Of a stretch of 64,000 nt of DNA, positions 48,959 through 60,966 are shown in pieces. The notes under the pieces are model-generated. The model did not search any database. It was not told the DNA's origin and worked only from the letters and a program-made list of their open reading frames with translations. Position numbers and translations under genes: made by a program. The number at the start of each line of letters is the position of its first letter. The stretch's first letter is position 1. The DNA lies in contig NW_019028988.1 of the NCBI RefSeq assembly GCF_002105155.1, forward strand, positions 62,001-126,000, written 5' to 3'. This stretch comes from Lobosporangium transversale. Lineage: Eukaryota.

Positions 48959-50527
48959 TCACCTGAACACATCCGTGTTCCTGAAGCTGGAGTTATCCTT
49001 GAGTGCATCATTATGTGTCTTATATTCCATAATCGTGTCTGCAGGTAGATTCAGTACTCGCTTCATTGTGTCCCTACAAGATCGAGCGTCATTTTTTTTT
49101 TTTTTTTTTTTTTTTTTTTGTTTTTGTTTTGTGGTTGTTTTTTATACGAGAAAATAAGAAGATTGTTAATATTTCGTTTCTAGATCGTCTTATTTCGAAT
49201 ATCAGCTTGTATCCATGTAAGAGTTACCTAATCTTCAAGTTGATACGCCCTTCGTGTGCAGACTGGTTCCATAGCGAAAGGATGTCCTCGCCTCCACGGA
49301 TCGACAACACCGCGCCACAGATTTCAGATCCAACATCAAACTGGTCTCCGATTACAGCCATCACCTTCAAAAAAAAAAAAAAAAAAAAAAAAAGGCGGTT
49401 AGCAAGAGACGCACTATATCGGATTCGCAATAATTAAAAATTAAAGATGGGTATTGAGTTATGTACCAGATTCTCCCAATAACGGCTCGCTAGTCCCTTC
49501 TTCAACCGGACAATCCATTTGCCTCCATTAATATTGGTCGCATCTTCCCACACAGGTCGCACACCTTGTTTGAACAAGTGATAGTCGCTTACAGTTGGTA
49601 ATTCATGAGGTCGTTTTAGATGCGAATATACAGCCCAAAAGTCCTCTACCTATCATCAGAGACATCCAATCACCCAATAAATATATTAAATGGAGGGAAG
49701 AAAGAGTGGGTGAGTATTTGGGGTTTGCTTTAAAAAATAAGAAAAGGATAAACAACCTTTTAAATTTTCTCAAACCTGATTATAATAATAATAACGCTTC
49801 ATACCGATCCAAAGGTGGCGATCTTCTTCATTGAGCTTTCATAATTCACAATTTTGCTACCAGGAGCACGATGCATGAACCAAAACACCCAGTTGAAGTG
49901 CAATGGGTGCAGTGATCCAGTGCTTATACCAGTCAAGGGGACAGCAGTCGATTTTGAGGTTCCTGCAACAGTGGATCCCGCTGCAGATGTACCTGTTCCC
50001 GATCCTGATCCAGATGATTCTACGCTGCTGCTAGAAACTCCACCTGTGACAGCAGGAGGTCGACTTTGATTCCCTGAGATACCGTGAGCAAGTTTGGAAC
50101 TGTAGTGAAGTTGCCCTGATTCGCCCCGAACACTTCCACCACCACCACTACCGCCACTAATACTGCCGCCAAAATCCAATGCACCTCCAGAGATCGTGGG
50201 TCCATTGCTGGCCGCGCTGGATGATGACGCCGGACCCGAGGTAGATGCTGCCAATCCAAGTCCAGCAGAAGAACTCTGCCTCTGCAATTGCACTAGTTTA
50301 GAGCTGCCTCCGCTGCTACCTGTCGTGGATGCATTTCCATCGCCTTGAGTGCGAGTTCTATATCGAATGGAGTGAGAGACAACACCCAGGCGATGGTTTA
50401 AAGTTTGGGTCGAAATTGAGTGATCAGCTTTTTGAGTTCAAAAAAGCACGATAATACACGAGACAAAAAAAAAAAAAAAAAAAGCAAAGAAAACGTACGA
50501 CTTGCGAGTACCCCAAGCAGATTCCAT
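48959..50527 (-). CDS. EIF4E2: eIF4E class II (4EHP/nCBP-like) cap-binding protein
   Basis: MESAWGTRKS, a Gly/Ser-rich extension, then HPLHFNWVFWF...NYESSM...SVEDFW...DYHLFKQGVRPVWED..N.NGGKW.VRLKKGLASRYWE...IGDQF...ICGAVLSIR..EDILSLWN...MEYKTH.D.LKDNSSFRNT across about 6 exons. Confidence 0.9.
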
Positions 50528-51176
50528 GGGTTGATGTAGATATGTTTGTCTTTAGTTTCTTCCTTTAAAAAAAAAAATAAAAATAAAAATAAAAAAAAAA
50601 GTCAAGAGACAAAGGCGAAAATGTGAAAATATAAAGAATATAAATTGATGTACAAGATGCTGATCTGTGCATGAACACGAAAAAATGGTCAGATCAGGTC
50701 CAGTTTATGGGTTATTCAGTTACGACGCATACTCTCTTCTTGACTGACAGATGCATCTCAAGTAAAAAAAAACAGAAGCCCCCTTCTCCTCTTACCTCAA
50801 AAAAGAACTAGAAGCCCTACGAGGCGATGAATGCAAAACGTGGGTAAGGGAAGGAGAAGGAAAAGAAGGGAAAAGAAAAGGGGGAAACGGATGGAAAATG
50901 GTAAAGGATCTGATTTAGATGTCACGAATGTTTTGAAATCAATCTTTCTCTCTTAGTATTATCCCTCTTGTCTTGAGATTATATTTTGTATTTCAAGGAG
51001 AACAAGTTTGTCAGGAGTTGCAATAGAAGAAGGCGACAAGCGCTATTCTGTTTGCTGTTTGTGTTGGAGTGATGAAGACATTTCTTCTGAAAAATCTCGT
51101 GGCTGATCACATGATCATATGTCTCAGTTTGTAGAAAAGCAAATAGTTAAATACATGTATCCTGATGGACCTTTAT

Positions 51177-51212
<36 letters not shown>

Positions 51213-51223
51213 TATTTGTATTC

Positions 51224-52257
51224 CTACAGATCCTGGTCTTCCATAAAGCCGACAGCCTTGTTGCTATACCTCATCAACTCCTTCTGAAGATTTAAATCAT
51301 TAGCTACAGGGTTACGCTGTCGGATTCGTTCATCAAACCAAAACTCTCCAGAGATCCCTTCGACCTCTTCACTCAACGCAAGATACAAGACTGTTCTCGC
51401 GCCCCGTGTTGGTGTCCTCAACAGATATTTGAAGCCGAGTCGTGTAATAATGTACAATGTCCAGGAATAGTTGAATAGCCCTGTGTAGCACACGCCAGGG
51501 TGCAGGCAGTTTACGGTGATATTAGGATGTGTCTTAGCAAGGCTACGAGCTAGATGACGGACAAACAGCACGGTTGCCAGCTTAGATGAGCAATAGTTAT
51601 GGATACGATCATAATACTTGGCAGATGTAATGCCACGATAATTGATCTCAGTCGCCCCATAGTGCGCTGATGATGTCAGCATCACAATGCGGGCCTTAGG
51701 TGCTTTCTTGACTAAGGGTAACAGCAGATATGTAAGGAAATAGTGCCCCAAATGATTGATTCCAAATTGGCTGTCATGACCTTCAGCCGTGGGCCGGAAA
51801 TTTGGTAAATCCATCACGCCAGCATCTAATGGAAGAAAAGGAGAAAATAAAGCGTTAATTTTATGGAAGGGTTCTTCTTTTCTTCATTTTTCTTTGCCTC
51901 CTTGGCCAAAGCTGATATACATACTGTTGATAAGAAGGTCAACAGCAGAGGTGCGCTTGGATACGTTCTGCACAAAGGCCTGTACGTCCTTGAGGGAACC
52001 GAGATCAAGATAGAGGAACTCCACGTTCATGTTACCCGTCTTGGCTTTGATTGATTTAACCGCTTGAATACCAGCTTCGGTCGCCCTATCGCCTTTTATA
52101 GTACATTCAAATGTCAATGAATGTTAAGGATCGCGCGTTATATTAGTTTTTTTTTTGACAAGAAATGAACATTCTATGCACTCACCAATTATCAAATGGT
52201 AATTTGCCTCGGCGAGAGCCATCGCGGTTATCAATCCTATTCCGTTTGCACCACCTT

Positions 52258-52288
<31 letters not shown>

Positions 52289-52735
52289 AAGGCATGAATA
52301 TAAGAACGTTTAGTTTTTTTTATTTTTTATTTTATTTTTTATTTTTTTATTACTTTTTAGATTACCTGTTATTACAGCTACCTTGCGTCGTTCGCCTTTG
52401 GAAACTGCATCTGCAATCACCACTTTGCTGGAGGCGATAGAACTTGCAATCCGCTTTTCGACTGGAGGCACGTTTGGCAGGCCTTTCTCTCCCAATATCC
52501 ATTCAGGTATATTTAGTATGATGATTTCTACCATCAAAATGCATATTTCCACAAGACGTTTCGGGAAGTAGCGCGATGCCGAGAGTCGAACCACTGTCCT
52601 GTCAAAGAGTTCTCCGCCAAATTGCGTTCCTGGTGTCGCAGGGATGTACACTACATTTGTTATTGCTGCTGTCACTTCTTGTTGCTTTGGTTCGGCTGTC
52701 CTATTGGACATTGACGCTGCGCCTATATCCTTCAT
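51224..52735 (-). CDS. retinol dehydrogenase/WWOX-like short-chain dehydrogenase
   Basis: VAVITG|GANGIG, LDLGSLKDV, FGINHLGHY, RIVMLTSSAH, catalytic YCSSKLA, LHPGV; 4 exons. Confidence 0.88.
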
Positions 52736-53357
52736 ATTGAGGCTTCAGAATTAGGAAATGGATAGAAGTTGAAGAGAAGAGAAGAGGAAAGAGAAGAGAA
52801 GAAGACAAGCGCGCGAGTGGAAAGTGTCAGCCGAGTGAATATAGTCAATATTTGTTTACATTCGAAGTACTTGTATGACTGGATTGCGACGCTTCTTCAA
52901 CCGAGCTCTGAACCAGACAAACAACAAAAAACATGGCTTCTAGTATATATCCTCTTCCTCAAATAAGTGGAGGAAACAAACTCTGACGAACATCCAATTA
53001 AGGACATATTATTAAAGGATTTGTTCTAAATTTCCAAACACATATGCATGTGCATAAATGTTGGGTTGGCTTTATTTGTAACATTGGCATTGTAAGCGTT
53101 GCATGACATTCATTCATGCAAATGCTATATCTTTCGGCTCGGAAGAGTGACAGTAAGTGAACAACTACAGGATTCTAAAGAGGTGAGATCAAGCAATGCC
53201 GAGAAAGGTCTTTTTCTTTTTTTTTTTCTGGTTTTTTTTTTTTTTTTTTTTTTTCCTTTATCCCATCCCTCATTTACCTTCTCTCGCTTTCTACTGATCC
53301 AGAGGACTTAACAATATAACTTGTTTCTAAAGGAAAATAAAAAAAAAAAAAAAAGCC

Positions 53358-54401
53358 ATGATTGAAGTCGATGTCTTTTGGAGCTTCTCTTTCGGAGCCG
53401 TCTTTGCCGCATGCTCTGCTGGATCGATCTCCAAAAATATTGCCTTTCAAACTCCCTTCTGGTCCGCTCCTTCTTTTGTTTACACCCTCCTATTCCTATC
53501 CTTGATCTTTGCTCCCTCTGGCCTCTACCTCCTCTGGGACAATCCCGGCTGGGAATCCATGTTTGTCCTTGGTGATAAGAACGAAATCCATGCAATCTTG
53601 CCGACTCTCTTTGCATTCACCAATGTCCTGCTAGGCATCATTGGTTACTATGTTACCTACTCTAAAATAAGATCTCTAACCTTGAAAAGAACTCAATCAA
53701 AAGAATCATTGCCAATGTCTTACCACAAATATTGGATTCATGCCTACACTTGCTTCTGTGCAATCTTGGGTATGGGCTATAATCGTTTTATGTACCCAAG
53801 CGATTATGTTGCTTGGCGAGCTGGTCTCCAATATCCATTGACGGATTTCTTCACATCCAGGATACTCTTTACGCTTTTGAGTATGGGTGTCATCTTGCTT
53901 CCGGTAAATTTATTAGAAGAGTAAAAGGTTTTCGTGGAAAAAAAAAAAAAAAAAAAAAACTAACAGTTAAAACAAATCCATCATCAAAAGGCTGTCTATA
54001 TCCCAGTCTATGTCTGGTTGAAGGGTACATTGATTAGGCCTGGCGACAAGTCCCGTCTCACCTTGACCTGTATTTTCTATATACTCCAGGGTGTCTCTGT
54101 TGTTTCCACCTGTATGTATTCAACCAATACCTCTTTTATTATTAGCATTATTACATATTCTAATTTTCATACTTTAACTACCCTTCTTAATATATGTAAG
54201 TGTTTGGTGCCTACATCGTCAGGTACCACGAAAACGACCCTAAACAAACATTTATTCAGAACCTTTGGGCCTTGTTTGACAATGGAAACATCCTTAGCCG
54301 AGATAGTAAATGGTCGCCTTTGCTTGGCTTCTGGGTTGCAGGTAAAAATAAAAAAAAAATAAAAAAAAAAATAAAAAAAATAAAAAAAAAAATAAAAAAA
54401 A

Positions 54402-54432
<31 letters not shown>

Positions 54433-54567
54433 TAAAACCTTTCTGGCACAACTAAAACTCACACAACTTTAAATGTCTTAGAAACCGCTGTCATGCTCCT
54501 CGTCTATGTGCCCATTCTCTTCGTTCCCTCTATCCCCACTATTGCTGCTACTCACAAGTCTCAATAA
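53358..54567 (+). CDS. multi-pass membrane protein of unknown function
   Basis: Exons 53358-53903, 53991-54111, 54201-54341 and 54482-54567 join in frame. About 7 hydrophobic segments; motifs MIEVDVFWSFSFGA and FAPSGLYLLW.NPGWESMF. Confidence 0.8.
54345..54437. repeat. intronic (TAAAAAAAA)n A-rich tandem repeat
   Basis: Directly visible inside the intron starting at 54342. Confidence 0.8.
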
Positions 54568-54709
54568 AAACTAAACACATATTTATTGTGAACGCGGATA
54601 TCTTTGTATTAGCATTTTTTATTACAGAAAAAAGAAAAAAAAAAAAAAAAAAGTACTGTACAGGGATTTAATTTTGTATTGTTTGTGGATATTTGTCTTC
54701 TTTGCATCA

Positions 54710-56935
54710 TCAAATGTCAATGTCTTCGGATGAATTGCGTGCTGGGCTTGCAATCGGATCTATAACTTCATCCATATTCTGGTCTTGGTCCTGAGACGGC
54801 GATATATCTAGATCTGTCGACATATCGTCGAGATCAACGTCCGTTAGAGTTGACTCAGGACCGGAATCCTCACCCTCGTCAATATCCATCCGTTCCACTG
54901 AAATATTTGTCTCAGCTTCAGAGCTCCGTCTAGGAAGATGTTCAGATATAGATGATTGTAAATTCTTGGGAGATATAGGCCCCATGTCCTCGTCCGCTTG
55001 CATTGCTAAAGTCTGTGGTTGCTCAGCCTCATTGTTGGCAGGTTCAACATCAGATGATTGCACTACTACAGATTCACCTCCATTTATCGCTGGTGTATCC
55101 TCTTGTTGGTGCTGCTCCTGGTGACTAAGGAATGCAGTCTCGGAGGCTTCTTGCTGAGCTGATTCACCCTCCGGTTCTGACTTTTTCTCTAAACCTTGAG
55201 TCCCATTCTGTTGGGTGCTGTTAATGGTTACTAAGATGGCAGTAAAGTCATCATATTCCTGAATCGAATCCGTGTACAGCCCCGTCATTCCTTCGCGATC
55301 CGATAATGTACTGACAATTCTCTGGTGAGTCCAACCTCGATCAATCTTGTCTCCCACAAATTGGGAGACTGCAGCGTTCTGGTCCTGCATTTTGCCTCCT
55401 CGCATCACATAGTCCCACAATCCATCGGATGCCATCAGTAAATAACCATGCTGAATGCTAGAGATATCGATGAACGTAATATCAGGTTTACTGCTCAGAA
55501 TCGGCTTGACAGGGTCCAGCTTGTACAATACATCGCCAATGCAGGCCCCCAGGTTGATCGAGGCTGCTTGTCCATTCCTTGTTCGGTAAGGAATACCATA
55601 AAGATTTGATGCACCATTCTTGACTCGTATCCGTGCTTCTTTTAGTGACTGTCGATGTTTTTTATCGTTTTTGAAGTTGGGATCAAACCTGATCACCTTA
55701 TCGTCGTGTGTCACAAACTCGCCACCATTAGCATAGATTGTCTGTGCAAGTCGTTCCAGTGATGGGGTGTGGTCCTCACTGGAGAAATCCACATTCCATC
55801 GTCCTGTCATGTCTCTGGTGCTTAGAATTGTTCGACTGTCGCCAACGTTCACACAGATGAGCCATTTGTCGATGAATATATTAACAATCAACGTCGTACC
55901 ATCACTGCCAGGATCGTGTTGGAGTTTTTTGGCCTTGTAAAGCAGATATTGCTGTTTCTTATGATCAAGGTACTCCTTATCAATCAGCCGGATTGCCTCT
56001 GTAATACGTGTTTTCACAGTCTCCTGGACATCAGGCAAAGACAAATCCTCGGGTTTGTATTTTCCCAAAATCACCTGCATTACGCCAGGTATCGTCGCGA
56101 TTACAAACGATGAGCAAGCCCGTCCACCATGACCATCAGTAATACAAAACAATCGCCCCAAATACCCTTCACTGTGCTTCAAATCAGCCACTGCATATCC
56201 ATCCTCACAGTCTGGTTTAGTTAGCCTCTCACGTCTGCTAGTCCTTAGTCGAGGATAAGTATAACCAGTTTGCTGCTCCACTGCAAACCACATTGGCTCC
56301 TTTGTAAGATCAACACCATATTGTGACCGCTTGTCAGGATACTCAATTTCCAATAGTGCCTGTTGACCTCTAATACAAAAAAATAAATAAATAAATAGCA
56401 AGATAATATTAATGAGTAAAATCTTATATCACCGGTTGTGTCATAGCTTTGGTGACATCCCCAAAGATCCCTGGTAAAAAAACATACTTCAGATGCTCCA
56501 TGAACTCCCCAGTTTGTGTAGGATTGATAGATAGGTTCATAAGTGCTGATTGGTTGATATCTGTGTCATAAACATAACCCTTTGGTAATTTTTTGAGGCC
56601 ATTTGGCATATCTTGCTTAGCAAGAATCTTTTGTTGCATAGGAGGGGAATCTGTTCGCACTCGCTTTGAAGATGGCTTTGAATAGCCGTTTGAGGACCTG
56701 TCCTCATCATCATTGTAATCCTCCTCCATGCTATCTGAGTCCGAAGTGTCTGATGATGGCGCCACAGGTTTGCGTTTTTTTTTCCTTCCCGCTGGTTTTT
56801 TTTTACGTATGGTTGATGTAGTTCTAATTTTTGTATCTACTCCATAACAAAAAAAATTATGCAAGTTAGTTGATCATTGTGTGAATACGTAAACTGTGGT
56901 ATACAGCACCTATTAGATACAAATTTTTCGCTTTT

Positions 56936-56968
<33 letters not shown>

Positions 56969-58181
56969 ACACGTCTTACCATTTCCGGCTTCAAAAGACT
57001 CTCTAGCATCTGATGATGGCTCTTCCAGTACTCTGAGATCCATTCGATAATATGTTGTACTATTCAACCGCAACTTTTCAATTGGCTCAAACGTTTTGAG
57101 AGCTTGTGCTAAAGCCAATCCTGTCGATATAGCGCCTTGTATAGTACCCTTTGGTGTCCGACCACTAGATGCATCGTGCAAGTTTCGTCAGTCCATTAAC
57201 ATAGTTTTTTTTTAAAAAAACAAAAAAGCCCTCTTTCATGCTTCGACATCAATCAATAGAGTTCATACCCAAGGCTTGCAAGACCGAAATGCCGCACACC
57301 ATCTAATAGTAATCAACAAATATATAAGCATACATGAGAGAAAACCAAAAAGAACTTAGAATGCCATCCTCGATATTTCCGTGCATAACCAATGAAAATT
57401 ATAAAAAAGCATCACAGACGCGGTATAACAAGAACTTACCGACTAGATCCATGGCGCTCTGCCAATGGTTGCCATAGACAAGTAAAACTTTACAGATCGC
57501 GACAAACAATGGGTTTTTAGTCTGCTCTGCCCTCAGGTTGAAATCCTCAAGGTCTGGTAATTTGGTGGATGCTGGTAATGCTGCGAGGGGTTCTGGGAGT
57601 TGAGATGGTGACGCAGCAGGTCTGCCTCTTTTCTTTTTTGTAGGCTTTGGCTCTGTAGACTCTGCTTCTTCATTTGCTAGCTCTGTTGTTGTTGCTAACG
57701 CCTCGTTTCCAGGCAACTGTACTGCTTCTGCTTCCTCTATTCCCTCTGCTCTCTCTATTCCTTCTGCACTTGATTCTGCCTCCATTGGTGCTGCTGTTGA
57801 CTCACCATTGGTACTTTTCCCATCCACAAATTCGTTTAGCGTTGAGCTGATGACTTTAGGTGATGTAGCCGTGGCATTCTCGGTGGCATTATTAGTTGTG
57901 GCTGAATGTTCTGTAGGCGATGCTAGAGTCGAGTTCGTTCCAAGTAATGAAGTTGCGGAATAATTAACAGCATTGCTGTCACTACTGTTTGGAAGCGCCG
58001 AATTTGGTGTGGATGGCTCCATTCCAAGGGTTGTAATGGTGGTACTTGTTGAGATCGATTCTTGATCAGGTTCCTGATTATCTTGACTTGTCGAGATGTT
58101 ATCGCGTACAAGAAGAGAGGGTGTGGACCGATGTTGTTTTTCCTGGTCCATAGCGGTGTTCATGCTATCCACAAGGTCCAT
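54710..58181 (-). CDS. PP2C/PPM Ser/Thr phosphatase with N-terminal AT-hook and HARE-HTH/GDS1-like winged helix
   Basis: Exons 58181-57440, 57302-57269, 57164-56980, 56836-56488 and 56369-54710 join in frame. PP2C motifs CEDG, DGHGG, DGTT, NVGDSR, DHTP, IGD, LMASDGLWD and DDFTAIL. AT-hook KKKRGRP. Confidence 0.88.
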
Positions 58182-58664
58182 GCCTGATAAATTTTGTTGG
58201 GGAAGAGTGTTTTTAAATCGTTCGAGATTTTCTTATTAAGAGACGAAGATTAATGCTGAAGAAAGAGTGTGGATTAATGGCGAGGATGTGTTGCAAGGAT
58301 AAAAACAAGCCATCACCTCTAATTAGGGACCTTCGCAGCTGCTCTGACACAAAGCAATGTCTAATTAAAACAGGAACGAGAACGATGTCCTTGGACAATT
58401 ATCCTTTCTCTCCTTTTTTCTCCTTGTAAGACCAATTATAATGGTGAAATGCCTTTCGGATCCACCTAAATTAAAGAAGAGCTGATGCGGCGGTTAAAGA
58501 CGAGAATAATAATGGAGAAGAAAGAAAAGAAAGTTTAACAGATGCAGGGTTGTGACCATTACTTACTAAGCCGCAGAGGTAACGAACAACGAACAATTGC
58601 CTCATCACTTGCAAAGTACCGCGGCAACCTCTAGTAAATTGGGAAACAACTTGACAGAAAGAAC

Positions 58665-59322
58665 ATGGAGCACTCTGCTGCTGCATCTAAATGGGCTCGG
58701 GAGCCATCAAGCGATGAGGAAGAGTCTTCAAGACGAAAGCGGAGAGAGAAACGCTTTAAAAAGTCAAGAGACTCGCCTGCATCTCGCGAGGGTAGTCGAA
58801 CACCCACCTCAACCTCTTCTGGTCGTCTCTTATCGCGGGATACAGATCTCCAATATCAACAGCACAGTCGAGATTCTGCACTTAAGCACGAGATCACAGC
58901 TCAAAAATATGAATCTAGCAGCGAATCTATTGATTATCAGCAAGACTGGAGTCGAGACCACTCATCCTTATCCACACTTAAGAACCCTGACCACCATCAA
59001 CACCACCAGCAAGTACCAGAATATCGCATTAAAGTGCCGGATATACCACAACATCCCGTCCTCACAGGGTGTCGTAGCGTTGAGAATTATGAAAAATTGA
59101 ACAGAATTTCTGAAGGAACGTATGGAGTCGTCTATCGCGCCAAAGATCGCGTGACAGGTGAAATCGTAGCTCTTAAAAAGCTAAAGCTAGATCAGGAGAA
59201 AAATGGCTTTCCAATTACAAGCTTACGTGAAGTCTACACGCTCCTCTTAGCAAAGCATCCGCACATTGTCAATGTGCGTGAGATCGTTGTAGGTGACAAG
59301 TTGACTCAGTAAGGGACTTTCT

Positions 59323-59356
<34 letters not shown>

Positions 59357-59720
59357 TAAGGAACATATGGCAACATTTTTCTATAAAAACAAAAAAGGAC
59401 TGACAATTATCTACTTTCGCTTATCATATTAGGATCTTTATTGTCATGGACTTCATTGAGCATGATCTTAAGGAATTGATGAGCGGAATGAGAGCGCCTT
59501 TTTTGCAATCTGAAGTTAAAACGCTTATGCTACAGTTATTATCTGCGACAGAACTACTGCATGAGAACTGGATATTGCATCGTGACCTAAAGACTTCGAA
59601 TCTTTTGCTCAACAACCAAGGCGAGATAAAAGTTGCCGACTTTGGGTTGGCAAGACGATATGGAGAACCACAAGATCAGATGACACAACCTGTTGTCACG
59701 CTCTGGTACAGGCAGGTGTA

Positions 59721-59753
<33 letters not shown>

Positions 59754-60627
59754 CGTCGATGTGATGAGTCAATAATAGGATGCCTGGATCATATTACAAC
59801 TAACAGGACAGACACACCTTTTAAACGCCTTTTTTTTCTTGAGAGAAATAGAGCACCAGAGTTACTACTCGGATCAAAACACTATACTACCGCCATTGAT
59901 ATATGGTCTATAGGATGCATTTTTGCGGAATTTGTTAATAATGAACCACTCTTACCTGGACGAAGTGAAGCGGAGCAGTTGGAAAAGGTACGATATTCCT
60001 CGTGAACTTTGTCCATGAAATGATGTGAAAGAAAAAAAAAAAAAAAAAGAAAAAAAAGAGCTGACCGCAGCTTTTATTTTTTATTTTTTATTTTTTCATC
60101 CTACTAAGATCTTTAAGCTTCTTGGAATGCCTAATGATAAAATCTGGCCTGGATACTCAAAACTACCTTTTGCCAGTCATGTCCCCAATTTTGTTCAACC
60201 TTATAATTTACTCCGGAAACGGCTGCCCTACTTGACTGAGAATGGGCTCGATCTTATGTCAAGAATGTTGACCTATGACCCCGCAAAGCGAATCACCGCT
60301 GAGGAGGCTCTCCAGCACCCCTATTTTTCGTAAGTTTACACGTATTTCAAAGAAGAAAAAAAAGCCTACCTGCTTTTTGCATCTTACTTTGCATCTAAGC
60401 TGATAATGAGCACATGTTTTTATCATTCACATATTAGTGAGGCTCCGCCACCAAAACATCCATCAATGTTTCCAACCTGGCCATCCAAAGGTGAAAGGGC
60501 AGCAAGACGTAATGCTTCACCAACTGCCCCACAGGCAGGGCATGGTTACGGGCAAGATGACGATGAAACCGGTGGACTGTTTAATTTTGCAAACCAAGAG
60601 TCCACTGGTTTCCGACTCAAGGTCTAA
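58665..60627 (+). CDS. CDK11: PITSLRE-type cyclin-dependent kinase (CDK11-like)
   Basis: [72 protein letters not shown]; 5 exons; RS-rich N-terminus. Confidence 0.93.
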
Positions 60628-60815
60628 TTCAACTCATCAAATAATATCTTTAATCCATTAACCATTATTTGCTGGGATAGGGTGTTCCTTATAACAGGAA
60701 TCGAATAAAGAGACAGACCCATCATTTCAGTAATTCAAACAGTGACTCTATATTAAATATTTATAAAAAATAACACTCTATAATTTTTAGTCAAAAGAAT
60801 GGGTATATCAAGGGA

Positions 60816-60935
60816 TCACAGCAGCTGCAAATCGTGAATCGCCCAGAGCAAAGAAGATTGGATGTTCATGGGGAACTTTGTGAGCAGCCGCAAGCAGAGA
60901 GGCTCTAGATACTCAGGCCTATGAGATCATGACAG

Positions 60936-60966
<31 letters not shown>

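Noticed and set aside
59761..59815. GTGATGA (C-box-like) in a CDK11 intron as a possible snoRNA
   Set aside because: No matching D box (CTGA) or terminal stem.
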